This document shows positions 24,880 through 38,330 of a stretch of 64,000 nt of DNA, one piece after another. Under the pieces are notes generated by a model. It worked only from the letters and a program-made list of their open reading frames with translations. It was not told where the DNA came from and did not search any database. Every line of letters starts with the position of its first letter. Positions within the stretch are counted from its first letter, which is position 1. Source of the DNA: Octopus vulgaris (lineage: Eukaryota); contig OX597815.1 in assembly GCA_951406725.2 (NCBI GenBank), positions 214,892,001-214,956,000 of the forward strand, in the 5' to 3' direction. Position numbers and translations under genes: made by a program.

Positions 24880-25605
24880 TATTATTATTATTATGATTAT
24901 TATTATTATTATTATTATTATTATCTTAAAGTCTGTGAGCTGGCAGAAACAGCACACCGGGAGAAATGCTTAGCAGTATTTCATCTGTTTTTATGTTCTG
25001 AGTTCAAATTCCGCTGAGGTCAACTTTGCCTTTCATCCTTTCGGGGTCAATAAATTAAGTACCAGTTACACACTGGGGTTGATGTAATCGACTAGTCCCC
25101 TCCCCGAAAATTTCAGACCTTGTGTCTATAGTAAAAAGAATTATTATTATTGATATTATTAAGCTGATGAGCTGGCAGAATTGTTAGCACGCTGGACGAA
25201 ATGCTTAGCGGTATTCCACCCGTCGCTCCATTCTGAGTTCAAATTCCGCTGAGGTCGACTTTGCCTTTCATCCTTTCGGGGTCAAAAAAATAAGTACCAT
25301 TTAAAAACTGGAGGTTGATGTAATTGACTCATCCCCACCTCTCACAAGCTACCCTTGTGGCAAAAATTTGAAATAATAATTATTATCATCATTATTATAA
25401 TGATGAGCTCATAAAATCATTAGTATATTGCTTTGAAGCATTTCTTCAAGTTCTTTACATTCTAAGTTCAAACATCACTAATGTTAACTTTGCCTTTCAT
25501 CTTTCTGAGATTGAGAAAATAAGTACAAGTTGAGCATTAGGGTCAATGTAATTGGCTTGCTCCCTCACCTCAAAATTGCTGGCCTTGTGCCAAAATTAGA
25601 AAGAA
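24600..25605 (+). mobile_element. Four head-to-tail SINE-B copies separated by (ATT)n/(CAT)n
   Basis: Units start near 24600, 24930, 25161 and 25400; each contains ttct(g/a)agttcaaa, a ctttgcctttcatc-like core and aagtac. Confidence 0.8.
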
Positions 25606-25998
25606 CTATTCATTATTATCATCATGCTTTCCATTGGCTGAACAGGTGCATTAACTGGTGCTGACCGACCAGAGATATGCACCAAGCTTTATTTTCTGTT
25701 TTAGCATGGTTTTGTACAGCTTGGTACCCTTCCTAATGCCAACCACTTTAATAGGCAGTGGATTGCCAGTAAGTGCACTAGAAAAAATGCCATGTGTATT
25801 TCTTCTGACAGTTTACGTTCTCAGATCAAACTGCACTAGAATGAGCCTTGTCTTTCATCTCTGTAGGATCAATAAAATATAGAACCTGTAAAATACTGTG
25901 ACCAACTTAATTGTCCTCCTTTCATAATTATTGGCCTTATTCCTAATTTAGAGACAGTTATAATATTATTTTCATGGTGATTATTGTATCTTTTCCAG

Positions 25999-26081
25999 GT
26001 TGCCCGACATGTGCACAGCATCAACATCTGCAGAAAATGTATGAAAAAATGCAGAGCGATATCCAAGATTTGAATAAAAAA
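25999..26081 (+). CDS. NELL: NELL exon (CPTC plus coiled coil): (S)CPTCAQHQHLQKMYEKMQSDIQDLNKK
   Basis: ttttccag acceptor and gtaagt donor; phase 1-0. The CPTC motif is characteristic of NELL after the TSPN domain. Confidence 0.85.
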
Positions 26082-27145
26082 GTAAGTTTAACATATTAAG
26101 ACATTTTTGGATTTTTTTTTATCACCAGGCCAGCCGAGATTGAGAATAAGGTCAAAGACATCCCAGCCATGACCATCCTATCTTTATCCTAGAAAATGCA
26201 GAGAGTTTGATATTATCATCATCATTTAATGTTTATTGTCTATGCTGGCATGGGTTGGACAGTTTGACCGGGACTGGTAAGCTGAGAGGCTGCATCAGAC
26301 TTATCCTCTTCTATCATTATCATTCGCCTCATCAATGTCTTGTCCAGCCCGCAAAGCTACCCATCTCTGTACTGCCTCTATGGCAAATGAAATGAATAAA
26401 AGTCATTGTAATTAACCCATTAGCATTTAAACCAGCCATACCCAGCCAAAATATTCTTCCTGTTTTATGTTCAAACTAACCAGATTTGGCCTCTCACACC
26501 TACCTTACAATGTCATTCTAAAAACAAATAAACATATCGTTGAAAACTATGAGATAATGTATAATTAATTCAAAACAATGTGAATGGATAAGCATTGTAT
26601 TTGAAAGGGTAATCTGAATGCTAAAAGATTATGGGTGGTCATATTTCAAATATTAGCTAGATGTAGTGAAACTAATTTCATAAAACTCTATACCAGCCTT
26701 AGGAGCCTATCTCTGAATTGATTAAGGGTGTGGTTAAGTGAAATGATGCAACATTCTACAAAACAACATAAGACATTGCTGAACTAAATAAATTGAAAAG
26801 GAATTAATTTATCTAAAGGAAAGGAAGTAAATATATTATCAAGTTTGTTAAAAAAAATAATAACATTTTTCAATATATTGAATGTAAACATAGGTTTTGT
26901 TTGTATGATTTTGGTTTATCATTTTGATTTTGCCGGGTTTTTCTTTTCTGTTTATACTCTTCATCTTTGTTCACATTTGTATTCAGTATATTCAATAAGA
27001 TGAAGTTATATAATAATGGAAATGTAGGAAAGAAATGCCAGTCATGTCAGTACTTTTATTTCTTTTTTTTCTTCTTTTTTTTCTATTCTGTAAACTTTAT
27101 TACATGTATATGTTATTGATTAATGAAATTGTTTCCATATTTCAG

Positions 27146-27274
27146 CTTCTGCAGGCAGAAGAAAGATTGTTGAAAGTGGAACAGTCCCCTTGTCATTATT
27201 GCATTTATAATGATACAATGAAAAAAGAGGGGGAGAGGTGGAGCCCTAACAAGTGTACAGTTTGTATATGCAAG
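27146..27274 (+). CDS. NELL: NELL exon (coiled-coil end plus vWC1 N-half): LLQAEERLLKVEQSPCHYCIYNDTMKKEGERWSPNKCTVCICK
   Basis: tttcag acceptor and gttggt donor; phase 0-0. AEERL and W....C..C.C vWC motif. Confidence 0.85.
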
Positions 27275-29039
27275 GTTGGTTGAAAATAACATTTAAATTC
27301 TTCAGTGATAATCACGGTTTTCTTGACTTGTTGCCAATTGTTGCATTATGCTTGGGATTAGAATTTCCTCTTTATTTAAACCAGCTTCATTACAAATCAG
27401 GCATTTGAGGATTTAGAAATTTCTAGCCTTCGGATATCCTTTATTGATTATTAAGTGACGTCCCTTTAGCATTGTGTCTTATGGGACATCAGGGAAGCCT
27501 TGTCTTTGTTTGAGAATTTGAAGGGGGATACATAATGGATTTTTTTGCCAGGAGGTTGGAGTTTTATGTTTGTTTTTTTTTTTTTATCTTTGGGTTGGTT
27601 TGTGCTCAGCAAATTAATGAAGTACTTCTTAATTAAAGTGACCTTGCTACCTATAGTAATGAACTGCACTTCCCAGCAGTAGCTGTTTTCTGTTAGATAA
27701 ACAGCCATTGAAAGTTTAATGTTTAGTGTTAAGGATATAGTGCAGCATGGGTTACAGACATCTTATTGACTCAGCTAGCTTTGGCACTTATCCATGAATA
27801 ACATACCTTTGTTTTTGTTCATCTGGGAGGGAATGGATACAACAATATGTTGTGTAGATTTTTGCCAAGATAGACAGTTGCATGAAGTTAGTGCAGCTGA
27901 TATTATATTTAAAGTTAGTTATTCATAGCAGGGAGACTCCATGGAAATTTAATTTTATAACAAAAAAAAAAAGAGATGATGAAATATTGTCTTAAGGAAA
28001 AACTGAGAAGAAAAACATGATTCAAGTTTGAGTGAGAAGAAAGAGTTGATGCAATAAATAGCTGTGAACAGAGATGGAATGGAATCTGCCAAAGTAAAAA
28101 GCTTAAAGGAATTACAGAAATTGTACAATACTAAGAATACAGAGTACAAACATGTGTATTTGGTATGAGGTTACAAATAAAGCAGAATGTGTTAAAGTGG
28201 ATGTAATCCAAGGATTTTTCATAGAAATCAGAGTTTATATATATATATATATTTTTTTTAGATTAACCATCTCTTAATAAATTGTAATCTTTGGAGTATT
28301 TTAGATTGATTTTACTCATTAATAGAATTCATTGAAGATAATTTCTAAGGAATAAATTTGTCTTATCAGTGCTGTGAATTGGAAGAACTGTAAAAATGTT
28401 AAACTGGATGCCTTGTATATTTGTTGCAGCTCTTTGCATTCTGAGTTCAAGTCCTGCCATGGCCTTTTTGTGTGAAGTACATTTAATCCATTAACCAGTT
28501 TAATACCACCATTCTGTTACAAGCATTCAGGACACATTTCTGATTTGAAAATACCTTCCTACTTCCCATCAGCCTTGAGAGTCTCTGCTACAGATCATGA
28601 ATGCAACCTTCCTTCCGCCTCCTCATCATCACCATTTAATGTCTATTTTCTATGCTGGTATGGGTTGAACTGTTTGACAGGAACTGGCCTGCCAGAGAGC
28701 TACACTAGGCTCCAGTCGTCTGTGTTTGGCATGGTTTCTGCAGCTGGATGCCCTTCCTAGTGCCAATTGTACTGGATGCTTTTCACATGGCACCAGCACA
28801 AGGGCTTTATACATGGCACTGGTACAGGTGCATTTTATGTGACATCAGTATGGGTGCTTTTTATATAGCATCAGCATGTAATGATTGAAAAAAAACTATC
28901 TTTACATAGCCATTTCAAGAGTTTATGCCCCTCACTGTATCACGATCATGGTTTATGATGAATCAAGGTCAAATGAAGAGGTATACATAAAGAAGTGCTT
29001 TAAGAGCTTGCATCTTTATAAATTTATACGTAATATGTT

Positions 29040-29270
29040 TTATGAGTATTTATTTATTAAATATTACAAAATACATTTTTGAAATAACGATTGAAGTTCA
29101 TCAAAGTTTCAAATTGTATTCAGGGTAATTCAAAATGAATGGTCCACCATTACCGGGTGCACCTATTTTGACATACTGTCCATTTGGCTGTTTGTTACTC
29201 CAGTTGAAAGAAGAGATACCTGACATCATTATGCAGCAAGATGAGTCCCACCACATTGGTGTAGGCAATT
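29040..29270 (+). mobile_element. Possible Tc1/mariner transposase remnant
   Basis: ...LLLQLKEEIPDIIMQQD-like segment resembling the QQDGAPPH motif; highly decayed. Confidence 0.35.
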
Positions 29271-29867
29271 AGCTCAACTGGCATCTTCCAGAAGGCTAGA
29301 TTGCTAGGGTGAATGATTTGCCATTGATAGTCTCTCCTCCTTCTTTCATGTTACTTTTTATTTTTGCAATACATTTATTACACCACTCACATGTACAAGA
29401 TGGTGGGGTGCTGAAAAGTTTATGGCTTTGGGTAACAGAAAACACAGGAGAATCCATTAATTATGATTTTATTCAAAATATTCCCCTTTCAGATTCACAC
29501 ACTTATTGCAGCAGTCCTTCAGTTTTTCTAAGCCATGTAAAAGAATTAAGAAGGATGGGCCTCCAGACAGACCTTTCACGATACCCTTAGAGCCAAGAAC
29601 TTTTCAGTACCCACCTCATATGTTTTCTTTTTGTACCATTCATTTTGAATTAACCAGTATATTTGAGAAGATTAATAAAGTTCACTGATTTGTTATCATT
29701 AGCAAATCAATTTTATTAATGTTTCCTCATCACAGCATAGCAAACAAGTTGGCTAGTTTTAGACTATATGAATTTATTTCTAAAGTTTTCAAAAATCCAT
29801 TTTATATAACAGAGAAGCATCAGTGGAATCTAATATTTTATTTGCCTTTCTTTCTATTTTTCATCAG

Positions 29868-29958
29868 AATACGTCAGTTATATGTAAACACAGGGATTGC
29901 TCAGTAGTGGATTGCCGGAATCCAGTTTATCGAGATTGCTGTAAACCAGCATCTGATA
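29868..29958 (+). CDS. NELL: NELL exon (vWC1 C-half): NTSVICKHRDCSVVDCRNPVYRDCCKPASD
   Basis: Pyrimidine tract with catcag acceptor and gtaagt donor; phase 0-1; C....C....C.......CC pattern. Confidence 0.85.
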
Positions 29959-30868
29959 GTAAGTTTCAGATCCATATTAACATGTGTTTAACTAATTGTC
30001 TATTAATGTATTGATTTCCAATAACTTTTATATTTCTAACACTTCACTGTTATCTTCTCAATTAAATCTCCTAAACCTGTCTCTTATGTCTTTTTGAAAC
30101 TAGATCAATGTTTTCTTCTTTTTTTTTTCTTTTTCTAATTTGGTATAGATCAATTTATACTTCACTTTAGATGTGTTTTAGTATAACCATAACTGTAATA
30201 TTTATATGTTGCCATCTAAATAGTGAGCAATAACATTACTTAGCTGTTCCACACAGAGTTCCTATAATGTTGAAACTTTACTACTTCAAGTAATATCATC
30301 ATCATCATCACCACCACCACTGCCATCATCATCATCATCATCAGGATCCAATGGGCCCAAAGACTGCATCATGCTTTCTATGGCTAAATGCCTTTCCTAA
30401 CACCAACCACTTTACAGCATGTAATATGTGCTTTTTTCCATGGTACCAGCACTAGTGAAGGTATCATGCTGATTACAAGACTACAAGCCCTAAGAGAGAC
30501 AATTTTATGGTACAAGATGAAGGGCAAAAGATAGGGAAAAGTATAAGAGAAGGGGCCAGAGCAAACTTAACCAGCAGAAAACATACTCAAATGTTTAAGG
30601 TCAAGTAATTGACCAGCAAATCGGTGGTACTGAGCAGAATATTTGCTGTAGCCCATCTTTTATACCAAGACAAAACATGTACATAATGACACTTCCAATC
30701 AGTTAAGATCAAAAGCCATGAGAGCCACTGCTATCCCAAATGTTTGTAATTTAGTACTAGAAACAGAAATTATTAGAATTATAACCGGCTTTATTGTTAA
30801 GGTGTGTGTGTATATGCTGTATAGTTCACAAGACATTCTATATGTATGTTATCTTTTCTCTTGGACAG

Positions 30869-30951
30869 ATTGCTGTATCATGGATAACAATGAATATTAT
30901 AACCCTGGGGAAAAATTCCAAAAAAGTAACTGTTTCTATTGTGCCTGTGAT
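30869..30951 (+). CDS. NELL: NELL exon (vWC2 N-half): (N)CCIMDNNEYYNPGEKFQKSNCFYCACD
   Basis: ggacag acceptor and gtaagt donor; phase 1-0; Y..GE.F....C..C.C vWC motif. Confidence 0.85.
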
Positions 30952-31434
30952 GTAAGTTTTGCTCTATTTTAATTATTCTTTTCTTTATTGGTGATAATCA
31001 TCTTCATCATTGTCAATATTTTAGTGTCCCTTTGTCAATGACAATCATATTTTGGGTTGTTTTGTTTTTTTTTATTTGCCATTGGACTGCAACCATATTG
31101 AGGTACTACTTTGGACAGTATTATATATCATTATGTCACACACATTTCATACCATTCATTAAAAGAAATAAACATTCAGAAAACTAGGAATAATCTTTGC
31201 CATATTATCTCTCAGTCTTTTAGATTTTATTGTACAAGCCCATAGATGTAGATATGCAAGCAAACTTTACATACTGCTATATAACTTATAGCCATTCCTA
31301 CCAGAATTAAAGTATCTCGATGATTAGCTCCCACCCATGGATAACCTATTAAATGTTCTTCCCCTACATTATGATCATTATTTTCCTATTACAACAGGAG
31401 GTCTAACATTATCTAATTCAACATTAGATGTTTT

Positions 31435-31952
31435 ACTTCATGGTAACTGCACTCCAGAAATAAGGCGGCAGATAGTACCAGGCAGAGAAGCAATAGTCAG
31501 CATGAGCAGGGTCTGGAAGAGTAGAGACATCAGCCTCGCTACCAAATGCAGATTGGTGAATGCAGCCATCTTCCAAATAGCAGCATATGGATGCGAGACC
31601 TGGGCACTAAAGAAAACTGACCAGAAGAGAATTAATACATTTGAGCTTTGGTGTTGGAGAAGACTTTTACGGATTCAATGGACAGCGAGGCTCACTAATG
31701 AAGAAGTTCTTAAACAGATCAAGCTAAAACTGTCGCTAGAAGCTAGGATCACCAAGCATAGATTGGCATATTTCAGTCATATTATGTGGAGAAAATCCCT
31801 GGAGAAGGACATCATGCTTGGAATGGTCAGTGGCAAGAGAGGAAGTGGCTGACCAAGAACCCACTGGCTTGACACCATCAAGAGTGACACGGGAATGGCC
31901 ATAGCCAATCTGAAAGAAGCGACCCAGGATAGAACTGGCTGGAGAACACTGA
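31435..31952 (+). mobile_element. RTE (BovB-like) LINE 3' fragment
   Basis: CTPEIRRQI...VWKSRDISLATKCRLV...YGCETWAL...FELWCWRRLLRI.WTARLTNEEVL...LEKDIMLGMVSGKR. Confidence 0.85.
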
Positions 31953-32394
31953 TATATATATATGAGTTAAAATTTCAAATGAGGGAGAAAAATTGGATAT
32001 TAATTTGATAACATCAATTTAACACCAGTAGTCTAGCATTTATATATATATATATACATACACGTGTGTGTGTATGTGTATTTATATATGCATGTGTATA
32101 TTGGTGTTTCCTTGTTTTGATATCACGTGATAGTTGTAAATGAGTGTCACTGCCATACAAGAGGTGTCATTCAGTTTCAATATCTTTCAAAAACATGTCT
32201 AGCCATGGGGAAATATTATCTTGATTGGAAACAGGTGAAGGTTAGTAAAAGGAAAAGCATTCAGTTGTAGAAAATCTGCCTCAATAAATTCTGTCTGTCC
32301 TATGCATGGAAGAGTGGATGTTAAAAAAATGAGAATGATGATAACTCCATGTTTCATTTAATTCTGAAAATAACCAAGAATTTGGTAAGATTTA

Positions 32395-32581
32395 CTCTTT
32401 TACTTGTTTCAGTCATTTGACTGCGGCCATGCTGGAGCACCACCTTTAGTCGAGCAAATCAACCCCAGGACTTATTCTTTGTAAGCCTAGTACTTATTCT
32501 ATCAGTCTCTTTTGCCGAACCGCTAAGTTACGGGGACGTAAACACATCAGCATCGGTTGTCAAGCGATGTTGTGGGGACAA

Positions 32582-32622
<41 letters not shown>

Positions 32623-32785
32623 CGATGGGCTTCTTTCAGTTTCCGTCTACCAAATCAACCCACAAGGCTTTGGTTGGCCCAAGACTATAATAGAAGACAC
32701 TTGTCCAAGGTACCACGCAGTGGGACTGAACCCAGAGCCATGTGGTTGGTAAGCAAGCTACTTACCATACAGCCACTCCTGTGCC
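32395..32785 (-). mobile_element. SINE family A, near-complete copy
   Basis: Reverse complement of the 23808-24207 unit. An oppositely oriented, more decayed copy lies at ~33300-33697. Confidence 0.85.
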
Positions 32786-34263
32786 TATTAGTAAAATAAC
32801 TTTCGTTATAAATTTGGAATTTAACTTGGGATAAAAAAAGTGGAAGATTTTAGTTTAACTTTCAACAATTGAAAACGGCAGAATTTATATAAAAGACCTC
32901 AAAGCAGTTTCAGATACGTCAGTGTGAAAAAGGTTAAGTTCTGTAGCAGATTTCTCTCCTCCACCTCTTTTGACTTTTATAGTATTTTTTAAGACTATAA
33001 ATGTAGAAAAATAATGAATAAATACTTAGCCATATACAGTAGCAGATTAATTGTTCAAGGTCAAAACTATTGTAGACAAAACATTGTTCTATGGAATATT
33101 ACTCTGACAAAGAAACCTCCTCACCACCTCTCACTCGTTTTCCCCCTCTTCTCTCTCTCTCTCTCTCTCTCTCACTGTTTCTTCTTTGTCTCTTTTTTTT
33201 ATTCCTTGTATGTGTGTTATACTTTGAATAAATCCTCTGTGGTCCCTCCATTGATTTAAAAATAGTTTCCCCACTGATTTATCAATAAAATTATCAGATG
33301 TAGGCATGGCTGTATGGTGAGAGGTTTGCTTCCCAACCACATACATTTGGTTTCAGACTTACTATGTGGCACCGTGGGCAAGTGTCTTCTTCTATAGCCC
33401 CAGGTTGATCAAAGTCGTGTGTGAATTTGCTTGACAGAAACTGAAAGACACCCATCATATATATGTGTGTGTGTCTTTATTTTGGGGATCTGTCCACTCA
33501 CTTCTTGACAAGTGGTGCTGGTTTGTTTATACCCACATAGCTTAGCAGTTCGACAAAAGAGACTGATAGATTAAGTGCCATGCTTAAATAAATATTGGAG
33601 TTTATTTGTTCTGTTTGACAAAAAACTTTTCAAGGCAGTGTCCAGTGTCCCTGCATGGCCAGAGTCCAATGACTGAAGCAAAGAAATGGTAAAAGAAAGC
33701 AATATTTATAAATTTATCTGCACTTAAACATGGATGTTGTTAGAACAAACAATATAGTATCCACTGCAGTAGATACTATATTGGCTTTTGGTGCAAAAAA
33801 CACTCCTGTTTATATCACTAGTGGGGAGATGAAACTTTGCCATCTCCAGTGCCGAGATGACCAGATCACATGATTTCGACCTTCCTTGGTCTTGTCAATG
33901 ATGAACACTTGACCACTAGAGGTAGCAGTAACTCATCTCCCTATCAGCAATATATAGAAAAACAGTGTCAGAACAAGCACTGCTGTCACAATTATCCAGT
34001 GAGCTTGTTAAAAAAATATATATTAGCAACAGAAACAGTATTAATACCAGAAGGTAAAATTTATCCCCACTTAAACATGGATGTTCTGTTAGAACAAACT
34101 ATACAGAGGTAGATACTATGACAGACACTCTCATATTGGCTCTTGGTGCAAAATGCACTCTTGTTTATATTGCTATAAATTTGTAAAACATGAATATTGT
34201 TATTGTTTCTTTTTTTATATAATCTATTTTGTCTTGTTTGCTTTTGATATTTCACTATTTCAG

Positions 34264-34363
34264 AATGCAAGCATAGTTTGTAACCAGACTTCATGCCCTG
34301 AACTAAATTGCTCAAAGGACAGTAGAATATATATTGATGGAGAATGCTGCCCAATATGCAATG
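34264..34363 (+). CDS. NELL: NELL exon (vWC2 C-half): NASIVCNQTSCPELNCSKDSRIYIDGECCPICN(G)
   Basis: tttcag acceptor and gtaggt donor; phase 0-1; CP.LNC........GECCP.C vWC signature. Confidence 0.9.
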
Positions 34364-36115
34364 GTAGGTATTTTGACAAATTATAATCTCACACAAAGTA
34401 CAAATACCAGTGTACAAATATTGAATACATATACAGTGTCAAACCTTTTATCCAGTTTCCAGAAATCCAAGAATACTGTACAATATATTGTACCCTGAAT
34501 TGAGTAAATGGACCCTGTTTTTTGAAGTTGGTTAATTTGCATACGGTGTGTTAAAAATAGTATTGTTCTTTAATTTCTTAAGTGGATTGACAAAGATTTA
34601 AGCCTACATCAGAAGTGTATTAATTCGTACTTGTATCTTTTAAATAATATCATGTACTTTATTTTTCTTTGTTAAATTTTCACCCTATAAACATTGTACT
34701 CTATACGTGATGCAGAATGATTTATCTTAAAAATTTTAAGTGGATTAATAGATCTCAAACAGACCCTGCTTTAGAAATGTAATGAAATGAATCTGTTACA
34801 TACGGCTTAGCTCTTAAATAAACCTTTCAGTTTATTTTATATTTTAAGTTTATATTTAGGCAGTCTTCAGAAAACTGGAAAATCCAGAAATCTTGGTCAC
34901 TTCAGGCCCCAATTTTGCTGGATAACTGGTCAGGTGCTGTATATGTATATGTGTCATGCTGCATCTCCCTGAGGACCACATTAAGGGTATATGTGTCTGT
35001 GGAGTGCTCAGCCACTTGCATGTTAATTTTGGATCAAACCCTCATTGTCATAACTGACAGAGTGCCAGTTTTATTTATATCATCATATATATATATATCC
35101 ATCTATCTTCTTAGTTTGTTATTCTTGGGAGATTCATGGTAGTAGAGTCCTCAGGCAACTTCACCAAAGGGTTCTATCACAAGCAATCATCATTAGACAT
35201 TTCAGTTGGTTCCCCAAGTGTAGCCAACTGGGACTATGGATATTATCCAGCAATCTCATTCTAGGTCTACCCCTAGGTCTCTTGCTGGTTGGCTCAGCTT
35301 GAAGACTCTGTTTTGCAATTCTTTCCTACAACATTCTAATCACATGTGCATAGTACCTGAGCTGTGCCCTTTCAATGCAAAGAAGTACCAGCTCAACCTG
35401 GACAGACTCCATGATCTCTCAGCTATATACCCTATAAAGTAACCTTACTCCAAAGATCTTTTGGTGAAACCTCATTTTGACTGCTTGTATTTGCAATCAC
35501 ATTCTTTCTGTCTTTACCCAACATTCATGATAAGGATAGGCACATAAACTGAAATAAAGCTTGCAAGTGTGGCTTTTTTGCCAACCTCTCCTCTTGTGAT
35601 ATGTATATTATATATTTTATGTGTTGGTTATTGCTGGTCAGAGAATTACCATTGGTTTCACGTCTATTATTGCTCTTAGCAGTATAGATGACTCATCAAA
35701 CCTACTAGTTAGAGGCACATAACCTTTTTACTAAAAGAAGGATACAGTCTTGGTCAGCAAGGTTGTGAAATAAATGCCTGAAATGAAATTCTTTGAAGCA
35801 AAAACTCCTTCTGGGCAAGATGGAGTTACCTTCCTTTGAATGGTTGTCTTCAAAAGGTTTGTCCAGTTGTCTTAAAAAGGAGTTAGTTTTTGTATGATTT
35901 CTATTCACTTGACAGCAAGTAGAGAAGCCCAGTAAGTGCCCTCATGAGAGAAAATTTATGTTGGAGACATGGGCTTCCCTGCTTTCTGACCAACCATAAC
36001 CAATTACTACATAAAATATCACTGCTCCAGAACATTTTATATGCTTTTTTCAGACTTATGAACAACTGACTGATTATATGCATGTATATGTGTGTGTGTA
36101 TATACATATATATAC

Positions 36116-36162
<47 letters not shown>

Positions 36163-37423
36163 AACAGTGTATACATGTTCCAATAATGAACATACATTTT
36201 TATAATATATATCCATTCAGCAATTGAAATTCGAAACAATTGAAGAAAAATATAGTGTTTGATGTTACATATTTTTACTGTATATATATGCATGTGTGTT
36301 ATATTTGTATTTGTTTGCATATTCTTAATCTGATGGAATACAGATCTCTTGGAATTAAGTAACTGAATTAACTTTACCACATATGAGATACATATGAGGC
36401 CTAGCTAACACTTTCATCAAGAAATCTGAGGAATTGTAATTTTTCAATAACTAATTTTGCTAAATTTATAAGACACTGGAAGAAAAAGGCAATAAACATT
36501 TTTACCAGAAGCCAGAAATGTGATAAAAGATAATGAATAGATATGCTCATCCCAGATCAATATTCCCAAGAGATTTCTGTCGTAAATATTTCTTTGACAT
36601 TATCAGGAGAATGTCAGATAAAGTTGCTCTCAATGAGAATTTATATGGGAAATAAGGGATGAAAGATCTACCTTAACCAAAGGATGATCTACTGTTTCGG
36701 CTGTCTTCCTAGTCTTTGAATGTATTTCATGTTAATCTGTGTAAGTTGCCAGAAAAGGTAGAAAGCTCAGCAAAAAGAACTTTATATGTTATTTCAAATC
36801 CTGTTTTTCCCTTTCCTCTGACTTATAAAATAATGACATTCAAAGGAATACTTTCTGCTTGAAGATCATGTACTTAGGTGGAAGGGGCTACCATATTTAA
36901 TTACTTAGCCATTAAAAATTTTAATGAATTAAAATTATACCTATAATGATAAGAAAGTCATTAATATTAACAATAATTCTTCTTTAAAGGCAAAGGAGAC
37001 AACTTCAAAATTCAAATTGATTTAAAATTGTTTTGTGGTTTCCTGTAAGGAGTAAGTCTGATCTTTGGCCAGTGCAGGTATAATGCTATGTCTCAATCTT
37101 ATTAGACCTCCTCAGTGAAACATACTCTTACATATATTTACCAAACTTTAGGACAACTATGGGAAGATAATCAGCATTTTAGACAAAAACATATTCACTC
37201 ATTAGGAAGTTAAAATACATGGGAAATTTTTCTCAAGAATGCCTTCTGTATAAAAATGATATGTCAAAATGGAGCTAACATACTTTATATAATAAACTAA
37301 AGGTGTATGTGTACACACATGCTTACATATGTGTGTATGTGTGTGTGTGTAATTCATTGCTGAGAATCATATATTCTCTAGATAGAAATACACTTAGTGG
37401 TGCTCAAGAGGTTTAAACTTGAG

Positions 37424-37461
<38 letters not shown>

Positions 37462-38210
37462 CTAATGTATTGGTATTCGCTTCTGTTTATTACAATTACC
37501 CAGAGGTATAATGTTATCCTGTGCATAGTTAGAAATCTGATATCTACAATTGTCTGATTGATTGAATTTTAGTAAGTAGGATTGTTATTTCACAAACTGG
37601 TTATTCTGCAGTTAGGTGCTGTATAATGAAATAATTAAGAAGTAAGGACAAAGTTTCAATATTGTTGTATGGCAACTGAGGCAAATGATGTCATTTTCTT
37701 TAGCCTTTGGTCAACCTATACCTTGTGCGTGAAACTGGATAAATGGATATTATGTGGAAACCTCCTGGATAGATTTTACCAGTAATTTAATGGTGCAGCC
37801 TTGTAACTCTGAGTCCTGCTGATGCCACATGAGAATTACAATAAGAATGTGTGTATATGTGGAATACTCAGCCAGCTCCATGCTAATTCAATGGGTCTAG
37901 TATTTTAGTTGGTTGAACAATTGAACATTCATGGTTGGAAATTCTGACCAAGATCCATCTTCATTTATATCACTATGGTTTTATTCTGTTTGTTGCTGTT
38001 TATCTTATCACTCCAGCTGTCAGAAATATTAGCTTCAAAGAAGTTTTGGATATTAGATTCATTCTTACCAAGAGTGGGTAAAAATGGCAAATAGCAGTTT
38101 GTACAGCTCAAATATGTCCCAAACATATTCGGACTGATTTAAATGTTTTGTTTACTCACAGAAAACCTGAGCCATTTTAGCAATGTTGACTGATATTATT
38201 TTTTTTCCAG

Positions 38211-38330
38211 GAACCAATTTTTGTGCATTAGACCATAATTGTCATGTCAATGCAACTTGTGTGAATCTCACAACAAGATACATCTGCCAGTGTAAGTCTG
38301 GATTCCATGGAAATGGTACCCACTGCAAAG
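38211..38330 (+). CDS. NELL: NELL exon (EGF-like 1): (G)TNFCALDHNCHVNATCVNLTTRYICQCKSGFHGNGTHCK
   Basis: ttttccag acceptor and gtaaaa donor; phase 1-1; six-Cys EGF resembling NELL GHNFC...C.CKSG. Confidence 0.9.

Noticed and set aside
27146-27154. Alternative in-frame acceptor ctgcag 9 nt downstream
   Set aside because: Possible, but there is no evidence for its use; the first AG after the pyrimidine tract is preferred and preserves the coiled coil.
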